Assembly: GCA_026391215.1 (NCBI GenBank)
Contig: JAPLDX010000056.1
Span: forward strand, 96,001-160,000
DNA from: Bacteroidia bacterium
GTDB lineage: Bacteria; Bacteroidota; Bacteroidia; Bacteroidales; VadinHA17
Direction: 5' to 3'
Length of the DNA: 64,000 nucleotides
Of this stretch, positions 29,554 to 38,891 are shown piece after piece (positions within the stretch are counted from its first letter, which is position 1; every line of letters starts with the position of its first letter). Below the pieces are notes generated by a model, which was given only the letters and a program-made list of their open reading frames with translations, was not told where the DNA came from and searched no databases. The position numbers and the translations under genes are program-made.

Positions 29554-29668
29554 TACTCACCCCCCAACCCCCTCTCTGCTAAAGCAAAGAGGGGGAGCTA
29601 AATAGCTGTATATAAATAAGTTGTCCCCCTCCTTGCTTCAGCAGGGAGGGGGACAAAGGGGGTGGGTA
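29554..29668. repeat. Inverted REP-like doublet (REPIN-like), no gene
   Basis: tactcaccccccaaccccctctctgctaaagcaaagaggggga (29554-29596) facing tccccctccttgcttcagcagggagggggacaaagggggtgggta (29624-29668). Confidence 0.85.
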
Positions 29669-29681
29669 CCTGTGAAAAAAA

Positions 29682-30779
29682 TTATTTACCTAAGATCTCT
29701 TTTACCTTATTATACAGGTCTTCTCCCCTCAGGTTCCTGGCAATAATGGTTCCGTTCTCATCGAGAAGAAAATTTGCAGGTATTGCATTTACTGCATATA
29801 GTTTTGCAGCAGCATTGTTCCAATACTGAAGGTCGGAAACATGTGTCCACGTCAGTTTATCATCAGCGATAGCCTTTAACCAGGCTTCTTTTTCCCTGTC
29901 GAGTGATACTCCGAAAACATAAAATCCTTTTTTGCTGAACTCCTTGTACACTTTTACCACATTAGGGTTCTCCTGACGGCAAGGATTGCACCATGCAGCC
30001 CAGAAATCAACAAGAAGAAGCTTTGCACCTACTTTTGAATAAAGGGCAACGGGATTACCATCAACATCATTTAGCGTAAAATCGGGAGCTTTTTGTCCTA
30101 CTGCCACTGCCTTCATAACCTGAGCTCTTGCCAGAAGGTCTTTTGCCACAGGGGTTTTAGCAACATTGGTATCCATGGCACTGATGGCTTCTTCAATTTC
30201 AACAGCTTCCATATCATAGCTCAGACTCTTCAAAATTGAAGGTGATACATATGATGAGGGATTATTTTTTACAAAATCTTTTTCCAGCTGTGTCATCTCA
30301 TTCTGGATTACCTCTGCTTCTTTTTCAAGCCGGGCTACCTCTTCTGTGTTATTTGCCTGAGTGGCAGACTGGTATTCGGTATAAAGGTTTGAGTATTTTT
30401 CGTTTAAAGGCTTATTGGATTCAATGAAGGCCTGGTATTCATCCTGGGTTTTTGATCCGCTGACTTTTGCATAGCTCAGTGAATCCAGCTTCCCTGAAAT
30501 TGCAATATCTGTGTTCTCAAGATAAAAGGAAAGCCTTTCCCGGCTGCTGGCTGCAACAAGATATACCATTTCCGGGAACTCAACTGCACCCGTCATTTTA
30601 AAGATCCCTTTTTTGGAGATTGCCGAATCAAGGTTTATAAAAGCGCCGGCTTCTCTTTTCTGAAGAAAAAAGTTCACACTATCGGAATCCTGAATGTTCC
30701 CAGTTACAACAAATTTTGGTTCTGAACTGCAGCCATTTATTATGAGCACTGCGAAAACCAGGTAAATGATCTTTTTCAT
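29682..30779 (-). CDS. TlpA-like thiol-disulfide oxidoreductase lipoprotein (DUF4369 + AhpC/TSA)
   Basis: Lipobox INGC, APDFTLND, DFWAAWCNPCRQENP. Confidence 0.92.
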   Translation of the reverse strand: MKKIIYLVFAVLIINGCSSEPKFVVTGNIQDSDSVNFFLQKREAGAFINLDSAISKKGIFKMTGAVEFPEMVYLVAASSRERLSFYLENTDIAISGKLDSLSYAKVSGSKTQDEYQAFIESNKPLNEKYSNLYTEYQSATQANNTEEVARLEKEAEVIQNEMTQLEKDFVKNNPSSYVSPSILKSLSYDMEAVEIEEAISAMDTNVAKTPVAKDLLARAQVMKAVAVGQKAPDFTLNDVDGNPVALYSKVGAKLLLVDFWAAWCNPCRQENPNVVKVYKEFSKKGFYVFGVSLDREKEAWLKAIADDKLTWTHVSDLQYWNNAAAKLYAVNAIPANFLLDENGTIIARNLRGEDLYNKVKEILGK

Positions 30780-30827
30780 ATTAAATAGTTTTAATTATTT
30801 CTCAGATATATAATTTTTCAAATCGCG

Positions 30828-30835
30828 CAAAGGTA
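30828..30835 (-). promoter_or_regulatory. -7 promoter element for TlpA-like gene
   Basis: TACCTTTG on minus strand. Confidence 0.5.
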
Positions 30836-30855
30836 TCAATTATCATAAATCCAAA

Positions 30856-31944
30856 TCACCTTTTAAGGTATTTTTCAATTAAATAAAGAGCAGCCCTGTA
30901 TGATGTAATTTTACCCTTACGCAGCATATTCTCCAGACGTGGCTTGATTATTTTTACATCCTCATTATTATAAAATGAATTATTCAGGTATTCGAGTATT
31001 GTATCGTGCATTATTATAACAGCCTGATGCTTCCTGCGTTCATCCCAGTAACCGCTACTCTTTGTAAAAGCGGCATATTCCATTATATTATTCCACAGTT
31101 CTTCTATTCCGGCATTTTCTATTGCAGAACATGTCATTACCTTCGGTTTCCATCCTGAGGGGGGTATAGGATACATTTGGAGAGCATTCTGAAATGAGAT
31201 CCTGGCTCCTTCCGCAGCAACCCGGTTAAGCCTGTCAGCCTTGGTAATTGCTATTTCATCAGCCATTTCTATAATGCCGCGTTTTATCCCCTGGAGCTCA
31301 TCTCCAGCACCGGCAACCATCAATAAGAGGAAAAAGTCGACCATAGAATGGACAGAAGTTTCGGATTGCCCCACTCCCACAGTTTCCACGATGACAGTAT
31401 CAAAACCAGCTGCCTCGCATAATATAATTGTCTCTCTTGTCTTCCTTGCCACTCCGCCGAGCGTACCAGCTGAAGGTGAAGGCCTTATGAAGGCATTGGG
31501 ATGTGTGCTGAGCTTTTCCATTCTTGTCTTATCACCAAGGATGCTCCCTTTTGTCTTTTCGCTGCTTGGATCAATTGCCAGAACAGCAAGCTTATGTCCC
31601 TGCCCGGTGACATATAATCCGAAAGATTCAATGAATGTGCTTTTACCTGCTCCCGGAATCCCTGTTATTCCGATTCTAATTGAATTACCGCTGTATGGAA
31701 GGCATTTTTCTATGATAGCCTGTATGGTATTGTAGTGCTTTGGCAACAAGCTCTCTGTTAGGGTGATCGCCCTGCTAAGGATAGTTCTGTTTCCAGACAG
31801 GATGCCCGATACGTATTCATCAACCGAATATTTTTTTCTTCCCTTCTTTCCTTTTCCTTTCAGAACATCAGGATTAATGCTGGGAGGCTGCTCTATGCCC
31901 TTCTGAACCTTCAGCGCACTGTCATATTTTAATTTTTCTTCCAT
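30856..31944 (-). CDS. meaB: Methylmalonyl-CoA mutase-associated GTPase
   Basis: GIPGAGKST, AIDPSS..GSILGDKTRM, ETVGVGQSE; likely start ATG 31944. Confidence 0.95.
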   Translation of the reverse strand: MEEKLKYDSALKVQKGIEQPPSINPDVLKGKGKKGRKKYSVDEYVSGILSGNRTILSRAITLTESLLPKHYNTIQAIIEKCLPYSGNSIRIGITGIPGAGKSTFIESFGLYVTGQGHKLAVLAIDPSSEKTKGSILGDKTRMEKLSTHPNAFIRPSPSAGTLGGVARKTRETIILCEAAGFDTVIVETVGVGQSETSVHSMVDFFLLLMVAGAGDELQGIKRGIIEMADEIAITKADRLNRVAAEGARISFQNALQMYPIPPSGWKPKVMTCSAIENAGIEELWNNIMEYAAFTKSSGYWDERRKHQAVIIMHDTILEYLNNSFYNNEDVKIIKPRLENMLRKGKITSYRAALYLIEKYLKR

Positions 31945-32038
31945 TCGTGGAACTAATAACTCACAAAAATAATAAAAGGGCGCCATATTATTGATTGACA
32001 CCCTCTTAATTAAATATATTTAACTTAACGGTAAAGAT

Positions 32039-33130
32039 CTACTTTACTGCGGCTGCCTGTTCGACAGTTGCATTCAGCATCAATATTACCTCGGAATTTT
32101 TCGGATCGTTGGAATAAACATAGATAGCCTTGGTAACTTTCCCGCTATAGCTTCCTGAATTGAATACGGCTTTAATTGAGCTCGACCCACCGGGTTTGAT
32201 GCCAACGCCCTGTTGCCCCTGTAAGACTGCAGTGCATCCGCAAGTTGATCTGACATGTCTAATTATCAGGTCTGATTTGCCTTCATTGGTGAATTTAAAC
32301 TCTACCTCTCTGGCTGTAGCACCGGGTATTGTTCCAAGCTCAACGGTTGTTGCAGCCAGCTTGAAAACCGGGGCATTCTCCATTTCCTCCCTGGTCATTG
32401 AGGAGAAATCCTCAACCAGGTTTGCTGATACATAATAATACACATTCTCCTGAACAACATCGTTAAGCACTATTTTTACCATATCGCTTACATTTCCCCA
32501 GCCACCGTTCTTTGTAGCATCATAGGTTCCCTCGATGATTCCTTTCTGTCCCGGTTTAAGGGTTTCAGGATTGGCTTTAATGGAGAGATGTGCAGGGAGG
32601 TTGTCAAACCCTATTTTGACAGGCTCCTTGGATATATTAATAAGCTGCATAACCCGTATTTTCTTCTCGGTTTTTTTGACATTCGTAAAGGCAAGATGAT
32701 TGCTTTCAAATCTCACTGCACCAACAGGAAACGTAAAAATCTCCTCAATGGTTTTCTCCCGGGGTATCACTTCACCTTTTATGACAAACACGACTACCTC
32801 CGGCTTGGAATTCGTATAAACTGAGAGAGTTTTGTTAAATCGACCGGGGCGGTCTTTCGGATCATAAATTGCAGTTATTATCCCTTCTTCTCCTGCCGGG
32901 ATGGGTTGTCGTGTCCATTCAGGCTGGGTACAACCGCATGATGCCACAACATTCTGGATCACCAGAGGCGAATTACCGGTGTTGAAAACATGAAAATTAT
33001 AGGTCTGCTTTCCGGCTTCCTCCTTAAACGTTCCAAAATCATGTTCACTTTCTGTCAACTTCATTACCGGCTGAGAAACGGCTGAGACACTGATAATCAC
33101 CATTGATATAAACAAAAAAAGCTTTTTCAT
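32039..33130 (-). CDS. DUF1573 domain protein
   Basis: Signal peptide; HDFG..ASCGCT and STCGCT Ig-like repeats. Confidence 0.88.
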   Translation of the reverse strand: MKKLFLFISMVIISVSAVSQPVMKLTESEHDFGTFKEEAGKQTYNFHVFNTGNSPLVIQNVVASCGCTQPEWTRQPIPAGEEGIITAIYDPKDRPGRFNKTLSVYTNSKPEVVVFVIKGEVIPREKTIEEIFTFPVGAVRFESNHLAFTNVKKTEKKIRVMQLINISKEPVKIGFDNLPAHLSIKANPETLKPGQKGIIEGTYDATKNGGWGNVSDMVKIVLNDVVQENVYYYVSANLVEDFSSMTREEMENAPVFKLAATTVELGTIPGATAREVEFKFTNEGKSDLIIRHVRSTCGCTAVLQGQQGVGIKPGGSSSIKAVFNSGSYSGKVTKAIYVYSNDPKNSEVILMLNATVEQAAAVK

Positions 33131-33317
33131 TCTATATTAAAATTATAGTTAAAACATAATAAATCCAATAATAACCCGGTTTTTACATAAACAATTCCTG
33201 ATGGGAATTGGTTGCATGAGGTAATACAAAAACCGGACCGGAAAATCAATGAACCTCTTTTACCGAACAAAAATAACAAACTTTAACCTTTTTGAATATT
33301 TTAAACCATAATATCAT

Positions 33318-33325
33318 TAGTTTTG
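33318..33325 (+). promoter_or_regulatory. -7 promoter element
   Basis: TAGTTTTG upstream of the 33398 gene. Confidence 0.45.
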
Positions 33326-33397
33326 TCGCTCAATCCGGATCATTTGGAATAAATTTTGCTGCCTGAGAATCCGGATTGCCGCATGAGGATATAGAGA

Positions 33398-36300
33398 ATG
33401 ATAAGCGCTCGCAGACTGATAATCATTATTATAGCCTGTATCTTTTACTTAGATGCCGGAGGTCAGTTCTATAACGGCCACCAGATGACCTTTGGCAAGA
33501 ATAAAGTACAGTACTATGATTATTACTGGATGTACTACAGGTTTGATGATTTTGACTGCTATTTCAATGAATTCGGGCGCGACCTGGCCCAGTATACAGC
33601 AGATTATGCAACAAAGAAGCTTGAAGAAATTGAGGATTTCTTTGACTATTCTCTCGAAAAAAGGCTGGTATTCATCATCTATAATAAAAATGCTGAATAC
33701 AAGCAATCCAATATCGGACTGGTTACCTCTGATGAAGACAGCTATAATACAGGTGGGTTCAGCAGGATAATAGAAAATAAGGTAATGCTCTATTATGAAG
33801 GTGATCATGTTGCCTTTCAAAAACAAATAGCTGCTTCAATTACAGAGGTGATTATCAACGAGATGCTATATAACGCCGATGTTAAGGACAGGATAACCAG
33901 CTCTTCCCTGATCACTCTGCCCAACTGGTTTATCAAGGGACTCATTAATTATGTATCATACGGATGGGACTATGAAGCAGAAAACAGGGTTAAAGATGGC
34001 TTTAAATCAAGGAAATATAGAAACATAAACAACCTGGAGTATGAGGATGCACTCTATGCAGGACTCTCCTTCTGGCGGTTCATTGGTCAACAGTACGGAG
34101 ATGCTCTTATACCCAATATTATTTACCTGACAAAGGTTTACAAGCATATTGATGACGGATTTCTCTATGTAATCGGGAAGGATCTGAAAGATCTCCTTAA
34201 AGAATGGAAAGAGTATTATGCAAACGAATACTCTGCTGACAAAAGCCTTCCGGGTTATGACGAAAATACGGTCCGCAGATCAAAAAAAGAACAGATCTAT
34301 CAGACGGTTAAATTAAGTCCTGACGGACAATATATAGCCTATGTCACTAACGACTGGGGAAGAAAAAGGATATGGCTGTATGATCAGAATACTGAAAAGA
34401 TGAAGGTTGTTTTCAAGGCTGAGCCGAAATATGAACAGGTCGTTGATAAGACTTATCCCATGATTGCCTGGCATCCAAGCGGGAAGATACTCACCATAGT
34501 TAACGAAGAAAAAGCCGGACTGGTCATGTATTTTTACAGGATCACAGAGAGATCAACTGAACAGAGGAATCTTCTCTATTTTGACAAGATCCTTGATTTT
34601 TCATATTCGCCTGACGGATCAAGGCTTATATTTTCTGCGGTGAAAGATGGTGTGACAGATCTCTATGTACACACAATTGCCTCCGGGACCAATGAGCAGA
34701 TCACAAGGGATATTGCCGATGATCTTAATCCCTCTTTTCTGGATGATCATCCTGATGAAATTATCTTTTCATCAAACAGGTTGTCGGATACCCTTACAAA
34801 CAGTGCAGATCCGTTTGAAAAAGTCTCATTGACATTTGATCTTTTCACATACAATATTTCGGGCAACAGCAAAATACTTACCAGGCTCTCCGAAGGCAAA
34901 TATACCGACAGGTTTTCACCATCAGGGATTGCCCCGGACAAGTTTGCATACATTGGAGATGGGAATGGTGTACTTAACAGATACACAGCTACTTTTGACA
35001 GTGCAATAAGTTATATTGACACTACTACTCATTACAGATATTTTATAAATTCTCTCCCTGTTACAAATTATGACAGAAATATTCTTGATCAGTCGGTGAG
35101 AAACGGGTCGGATATGTATGGGGAGGTACTTTTCAGCAAGGGCAGGTATCTTGTGAGGAAAGTAAATACGAGCAGTTCGGTTCCTATACCCGAAAATGAG
35201 ATTACCGTAAGTACTTTCCGCAAGGAAAAGGAGAGGCTGCTGCATAAAGCTGACAGTGTAAATCAGCTGAGGCAATGGCTCGTTGCCGAAGATAAAAAAC
35301 GAAGGGATACTCTTACAAAGCCGCTATATGAGTATTATATAAAAAATGAACCCATTGATATAACCCATTATATCTTTGAGAAGGAAAAGCAGAACTATTA
35401 TGAGCAGCTCTGGAGAAAAGATTACATGGATATTGACCTTGATACCGGGGAGCTTGCCCTTCCTCTGCTAAGGATATATGAAACTTCCTTTTATAACAAT
35501 TATATTGCTAACCAGATTGATTTCACCTTTCTGAATAACTCGTACCAGGTTTACAGCGGAGGAGCCCCATATTTCAATCCCGGGCTGAATGTCCTTAACA
35601 GAATCGGAGTTATTGATCTTTTCGAGAATTACAGGATTACAGGGGGATTCAGATTTTCGGGCAATTTCGATAGCAATGAATATCTGGTCAGTGTTGAGAA
35701 TCTTAAGGGAAAATTCGATAAACAGCTGATTTTTCACAGGCTGGCATTCTTCAGTGAAAGTGATTCCGGCGATTATTTCAAATCACATACGCATAACCTG
35801 TACCTGTCATTATCCAAGCCATTTACCCCTGTTTTTGCCCTTAAAGGAACTCTTGCATACAGGTACGACAGGCATGTATATCTGCCCACCGATCTTGCAT
35901 CTCTGAGCAATGAAAATTTCTCTCGCCACTGGGTCAGCCTGAAAGGAGAAGTTATTTATGACAATACAAGGAAGAGAAGCATAAATATATATTACGGCAC
36001 AAGATTCAAGGTTTTTGGTGAATACTACAAAGAACTTACGTATGATAAATCGGATATGATAGTCATAGGTGCTGATTTCCGGAAATATACCAAAATACAC
36101 AGGGAGCTTATCTGGGCAAACAGGATTGCAGCCAGCACTTCATACGGTCCCACAAAGCTTGTTTATTACCTGGGAGGTGTTGACAACTGGATGGGATATC
36201 TTTTCAGTAAATATGCCATGTTCGATAATACAATTCCAGTCAATCCAAATATAAACTATGGTTTTCAGACACTTGCCACAAACCTGAGGGGATTCAGCCA

Positions 36301-36676
36301 GAATATCAGGAATGGAAATAATTTCGCACTGATCAACAGTGAAATAAGATGGCCTGTTATAAGGTATTTTGCCGGTCATCCTCTTCGTTCCAACTTACTG
36401 AACAGCATTCAGATAGTTGCCTTCGGCGATATCGGTACAGCCTGGACTGGCAGATCACCCTGGTCGGGTGAAAATGCCTGGGATAATGAAATTTTTGTCA
36501 ACGGCCCTGTTAAAGTAATACTCGATTCCAACAGGGAACCCATTGTGGCAGGATTCGGAGCAGGAGCACGTGCCCAGGTGCTTGGTTATTTTGTCAGGGC
36601 GGACTGGGCATGGGGAATAGAGAATAATTATATTCTGCCAAGGATATTCTACCTGTCCTTTAGCCTCGACTTTTGA
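33398..36676 (+). CDS. Large outer-membrane protein: degenerate peptidase-MA-like domain, TolB/PD40 propeller, Omp85-like barrel
   Basis: FGKNKVQY, LSPDGQYIAY, YSPDGSRLIFS, LRGF..NIRNG, FGDIGTAW, C-terminal FSLDF. Confidence 0.7.
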   Translation: MISARRLIIIIIACIFYLDAGGQFYNGHQMTFGKNKVQYYDYYWMYYRFDDFDCYFNEFGRDLAQYTADYATKKLEEIEDFFDYSLEKRLVFIIYNKNAEYKQSNIGLVTSDEDSYNTGGFSRIIENKVMLYYEGDHVAFQKQIAASITEVIINEMLYNADVKDRITSSSLITLPNWFIKGLINYVSYGWDYEAENRVKDGFKSRKYRNINNLEYEDALYAGLSFWRFIGQQYGDALIPNIIYLTKVYKHIDDGFLYVIGKDLKDLLKEWKEYYANEYSADKSLPGYDENTVRRSKKEQIYQTVKLSPDGQYIAYVTNDWGRKRIWLYDQNTEKMKVVFKAEPKYEQVVDKTYPMIAWHPSGKILTIVNEEKAGLVMYFYRITERSTEQRNLLYFDKILDFSYSPDGSRLIFSAVKDGVTDLYVHTIASGTNEQITRDIADDLNPSFLDDHPDEIIFSSNRLSDTLTNSADPFEKVSLTFDLFTYNISGNSKILTRLSEGKYTDRFSPSGIAPDKFAYIGDGNGVLNRYTATFDSAISYIDTTTHYRYFINSLPVTNYDRNILDQSVRNGSDMYGEVLFSKGRYLVRKVNTSSSVPIPENEITVSTFRKEKERLLHKADSVNQLRQWLVAEDKKRRDTLTKPLYEYYIKNEPIDITHYIFEKEKQNYYEQLWRKDYMDIDLDTGELALPLLRIYETSFYNNYIANQIDFTFLNNSYQVYSGGAPYFNPGLNVLNRIGVIDLFENYRITGGFRFSGNFDSNEYLVSVENLKGKFDKQLIFHRLAFFSESDSGDYFKSHTHNLYLSLSKPFTPVFALKGTLAYRYDRHVYLPTDLASLSNENFSRHWVSLKGEVIYDNTRKRSINIYYGTRFKVFGEYYKELTYDKSDMIVIGADFRKYTKIHRELIWANRIAASTSYGPTKLVYYLGGVDNWMGYLFSKYAMFDNTIPVNPNINYGFQTLATNLRGFSQNIRNGNNFALINSEIRWPVIRYFAGHPLRSNLLNSIQIVAFGDIGTAWTGRSPWSGENAWDNEIFVNGPVKVILDSNREPIVAGFGAGARAQVLGYFVRADWAWGIENNYILPRIFYLSFSLDF

Positions 36677-36772
36677 TAACTCACTGGATTTAACCGTTTT
36701 GCGATGGTTTTTTAAATCAGTTATGAATATTGCATATTTCCCTTTGAATTTTTTTAATTGAGAAAATTTGGG

Positions 36773-36780
36773 TAGTTTTG
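36773..36780 (+). promoter_or_regulatory. -7 promoter element for ferredoxin
   Basis: TAGTTTTG. Confidence 0.55.
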
Positions 36781-36818
36781 TACGATTACCGTAATTTATT
36801 AAACTAAAAATAAAAGAA

Positions 36819-36989
36819 ATGGCTTACAAAATCAGCGAAGATTGCACTGCATGCGGAACATGTATTGATGAGTGTCCCGTTGAGGCTATATCTGAGGGCG
36901 ACATCTATAAGATCAATCCTGATATTTGCACCGATTGTGGTGCCTGTGCAGATGTCTGCCCTGTAGAGGCAATCCATCCTGCAGAATAA
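36819..36989 (+). CDS. 2[4Fe-4S] ferredoxin (56 aa, below ORF-track cutoff)
   Basis: MAYKISEDCTACGTCIDECPVEAISEGDIYKINPDICTDCGACADVCPVEAIHPAE; two CxxCxxCxxxCP motifs. Confidence 0.97.
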   Translation: MAYKISEDCTACGTCIDECPVEAISEGDIYKINPDICTDCGACADVCPVEAIHPAE

Positions 36990-37009
36990 TGCAATCTGAA
37001 AGAAAAAGT

Positions 37010-37038
37010 AAGGCTGTTGGGAACAACGGCCTTTTTTT
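37010..37038 (+). terminator. Rho-independent terminator after ferredoxin
   Basis: aaggctgttg-ggaa-caacggcctt followed by T-run. Confidence 0.75.
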
Positions 37039-38059
37039 ATTTTGGATCATACTTTGCTGCTTCAAGAAGGCCCTGAATATCAGTATTATCCATCATCTCT
37101 CCAAGACTTGTATTTCTGTTTCTCATCATATATGATTCAACGATCCTGAAGCCAAGCCAGGTTGAAGCTCTTCCCGGTGATTCATACGTAAAATAGGTGG
37201 TAAAAGGAGCTTCGCCTGTAAGCTTCTTTATCGTAAATTGATCCGGACTGAAAAGCAGATCCTTCTCAATAAGATATTGCCACATCTGATTTTCATTATT
37301 CATACAGAATTTCATCTGATCTGATGAAAATCCGAAAAGAATGGTATCACTAATTTCAGGTATCATACATTTTTCAAAGTATCTGAGCTTACCCTCATGT
37401 ATCATTTCCGTCATGACATTATCCGCTGCATATCCCATTGAAGCAAAATCCCATTCCGAAGCACCCCATCCGTATATACAGTCGGGAACAATATTCCAGG
37501 AGTTCATCCTGGCAGAAATATATCTGTATATCTGAAGCTGCTGATAATATTCACAATCCCTTCCAAGATACCTGTCAAGCCCTATGCCGATAACAGAATC
37601 ACCGATAATAAGACTGTTATTGAATCCTGTTATGCAGGTATATACTGCCGGGATATCCGCCCCTGGGAAATACCATTTAAAATGTCGAAAAGCATCTTCC
37701 ATATCATCTTCTATATCCGTGACGTCAGGATAAAGCTGCATAACAGCTCCATACACCTCATTATTAAGCTTGTCAGTGCAAAAGCTCACAAGAAAATCAC
37801 CGAATAAGGAATCATTTACATTGCCTGAATTAATGACATAACTGAAAAGCTGAAGGAAGCTGTTATACTTTTCCTTCAGGCCAGGAATTATTGAAGGCAC
37901 TTCAGCAGGATCCACTGTGAAGAGATCCTTTTCAAGCCTGACGATCTCGATGTTTGCAGAAACTGAGGAGATATTTATCCTGTATGGATTCTTTTTGCAG
38001 GATGATAGTCCTGTAATCAATAATATTATGAAAAGGAGGCCAGTAAAACGGATCCGCAT
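37037..38059 (-). CDS. GldB-like lipoprotein
   Basis: Lipobox LSSC, IGLDRYLG, MIHEGKLRY, EAPFT..ESPGR..WLGFRIVESYM. Confidence 0.8.
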   Translation of the reverse strand: MRIRFTGLLFIILLITGLSSCKKNPYRINISSVSANIEIVRLEKDLFTVDPAEVPSIIPGLKEKYNSFLQLFSYVINSGNVNDSLFGDFLVSFCTDKLNNEVYGAVMQLYPDVTDIEDDMEDAFRHFKWYFPGADIPAVYTCITGFNNSLIIGDSVIGIGLDRYLGRDCEYYQQLQIYRYISARMNSWNIVPDCIYGWGASEWDFASMGYAADNVMTEMIHEGKLRYFEKCMIPEISDTILFGFSSDQMKFCMNNENQMWQYLIEKDLLFSPDQFTIKKLTGEAPFTTYFTYESPGRASTWLGFRIVESYMMRNRNTSLGEMMDNTDIQGLLEAAKYDPK

Positions 38060-38186
38060 AGCAAACTTATTTATGATCCCAAAAGTAAATACTTTTCTCC
38101 TTTACGGCAACTGCTCCCAACTTCAATTTTTATTTGTTAATTTTACTGCTCTTTTGAATAGCTAAATTATTTAAACGATAAAAACA

Positions 38187-38882
38187 ATGAAATCACTCAA
38201 GACAGTAAGCAACAAACAGATTTCAATTGTATGCTTAATGGTATTTTTCTTATCCCCTACCAGAATGTTTGCACAGGAGAGAATAAGTATAGGAGTGCAC
38301 TTTGATCCGTTGATAAGCTGGTTTGGTTCCGATATTGGTGCCGTAAAGAATGATGGTGCCAGACCAGGCATTAATGCAGGACTCACATTCAATATACCAT
38401 TCAGCCCAAATTATTCCTTTTCAACAGGTCTGAACCTGATCAATGCAGCCGGGCGACTTGTTTGCAAGGATGATACACAGCTTGAACTGGTAAATACTGA
38501 GACTGTCCTGGCTAATGAACCGGTTATTTATAAGATCCAGTATGTTGCCCTGCCCATGGGATTGAAGCTGGAGACAAACCAGATAGGGTACCTTACATTT
38601 TTTTCTGATGTTGGACTGGATCCCAAAGTCAGAATTAGCGGAAAAGCAGATATTCCATCACTTGAGATTGAAGGGGAAAAAGCAACATCGGAACTGAAGC
38701 TGTTTAACCTTTCATATCACATTATGGCAGGAATTGAATACTCGCTGGGAGGAAATACTTCAGCAGTACTCGGGATCGGCTTTGAGAACAACTTTCTGGA
38801 TGTGACCAAGGATAATGGGACACAACCTGTTGACAAAGTGACACACAGACTTGTATCTATGAGGCTTGGAATCAACTTCTAA
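38187..38882 (+). CDS. Outer-membrane beta-barrel (PorT-like porin family)
   Basis: Signal peptide, QYVALPMGLKL, GIEYSLGGNT, terminal GINF. Confidence 0.75.
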   Translation: MKSLKTVSNKQISIVCLMVFFLSPTRMFAQERISIGVHFDPLISWFGSDIGAVKNDGARPGINAGLTFNIPFSPNYSFSTGLNLINAAGRLVCKDDTQLELVNTETVLANEPVIYKIQYVALPMGLKLETNQIGYLTFFSDVGLDPKVRISGKADIPSLEIEGEKATSELKLFNLSYHIMAGIEYSLGGNTSAVLGIGFENNFLDVTKDNGTQPVDKVTHRLVSMRLGINF

Positions 38883-38891
38883 CTGAAATCA

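Noticed and set aside
31241-31735. 164-aa plus-strand ORF and many similar 60-150 aa ORFs across the window
   Set aside because: Antisense or alternate-frame shadows of well-supported genes.
36926-37135. Cys-rich 69-aa ORF (possible RiPP precursor)
   Set aside because: Alternative frame of the ferredoxin gene.
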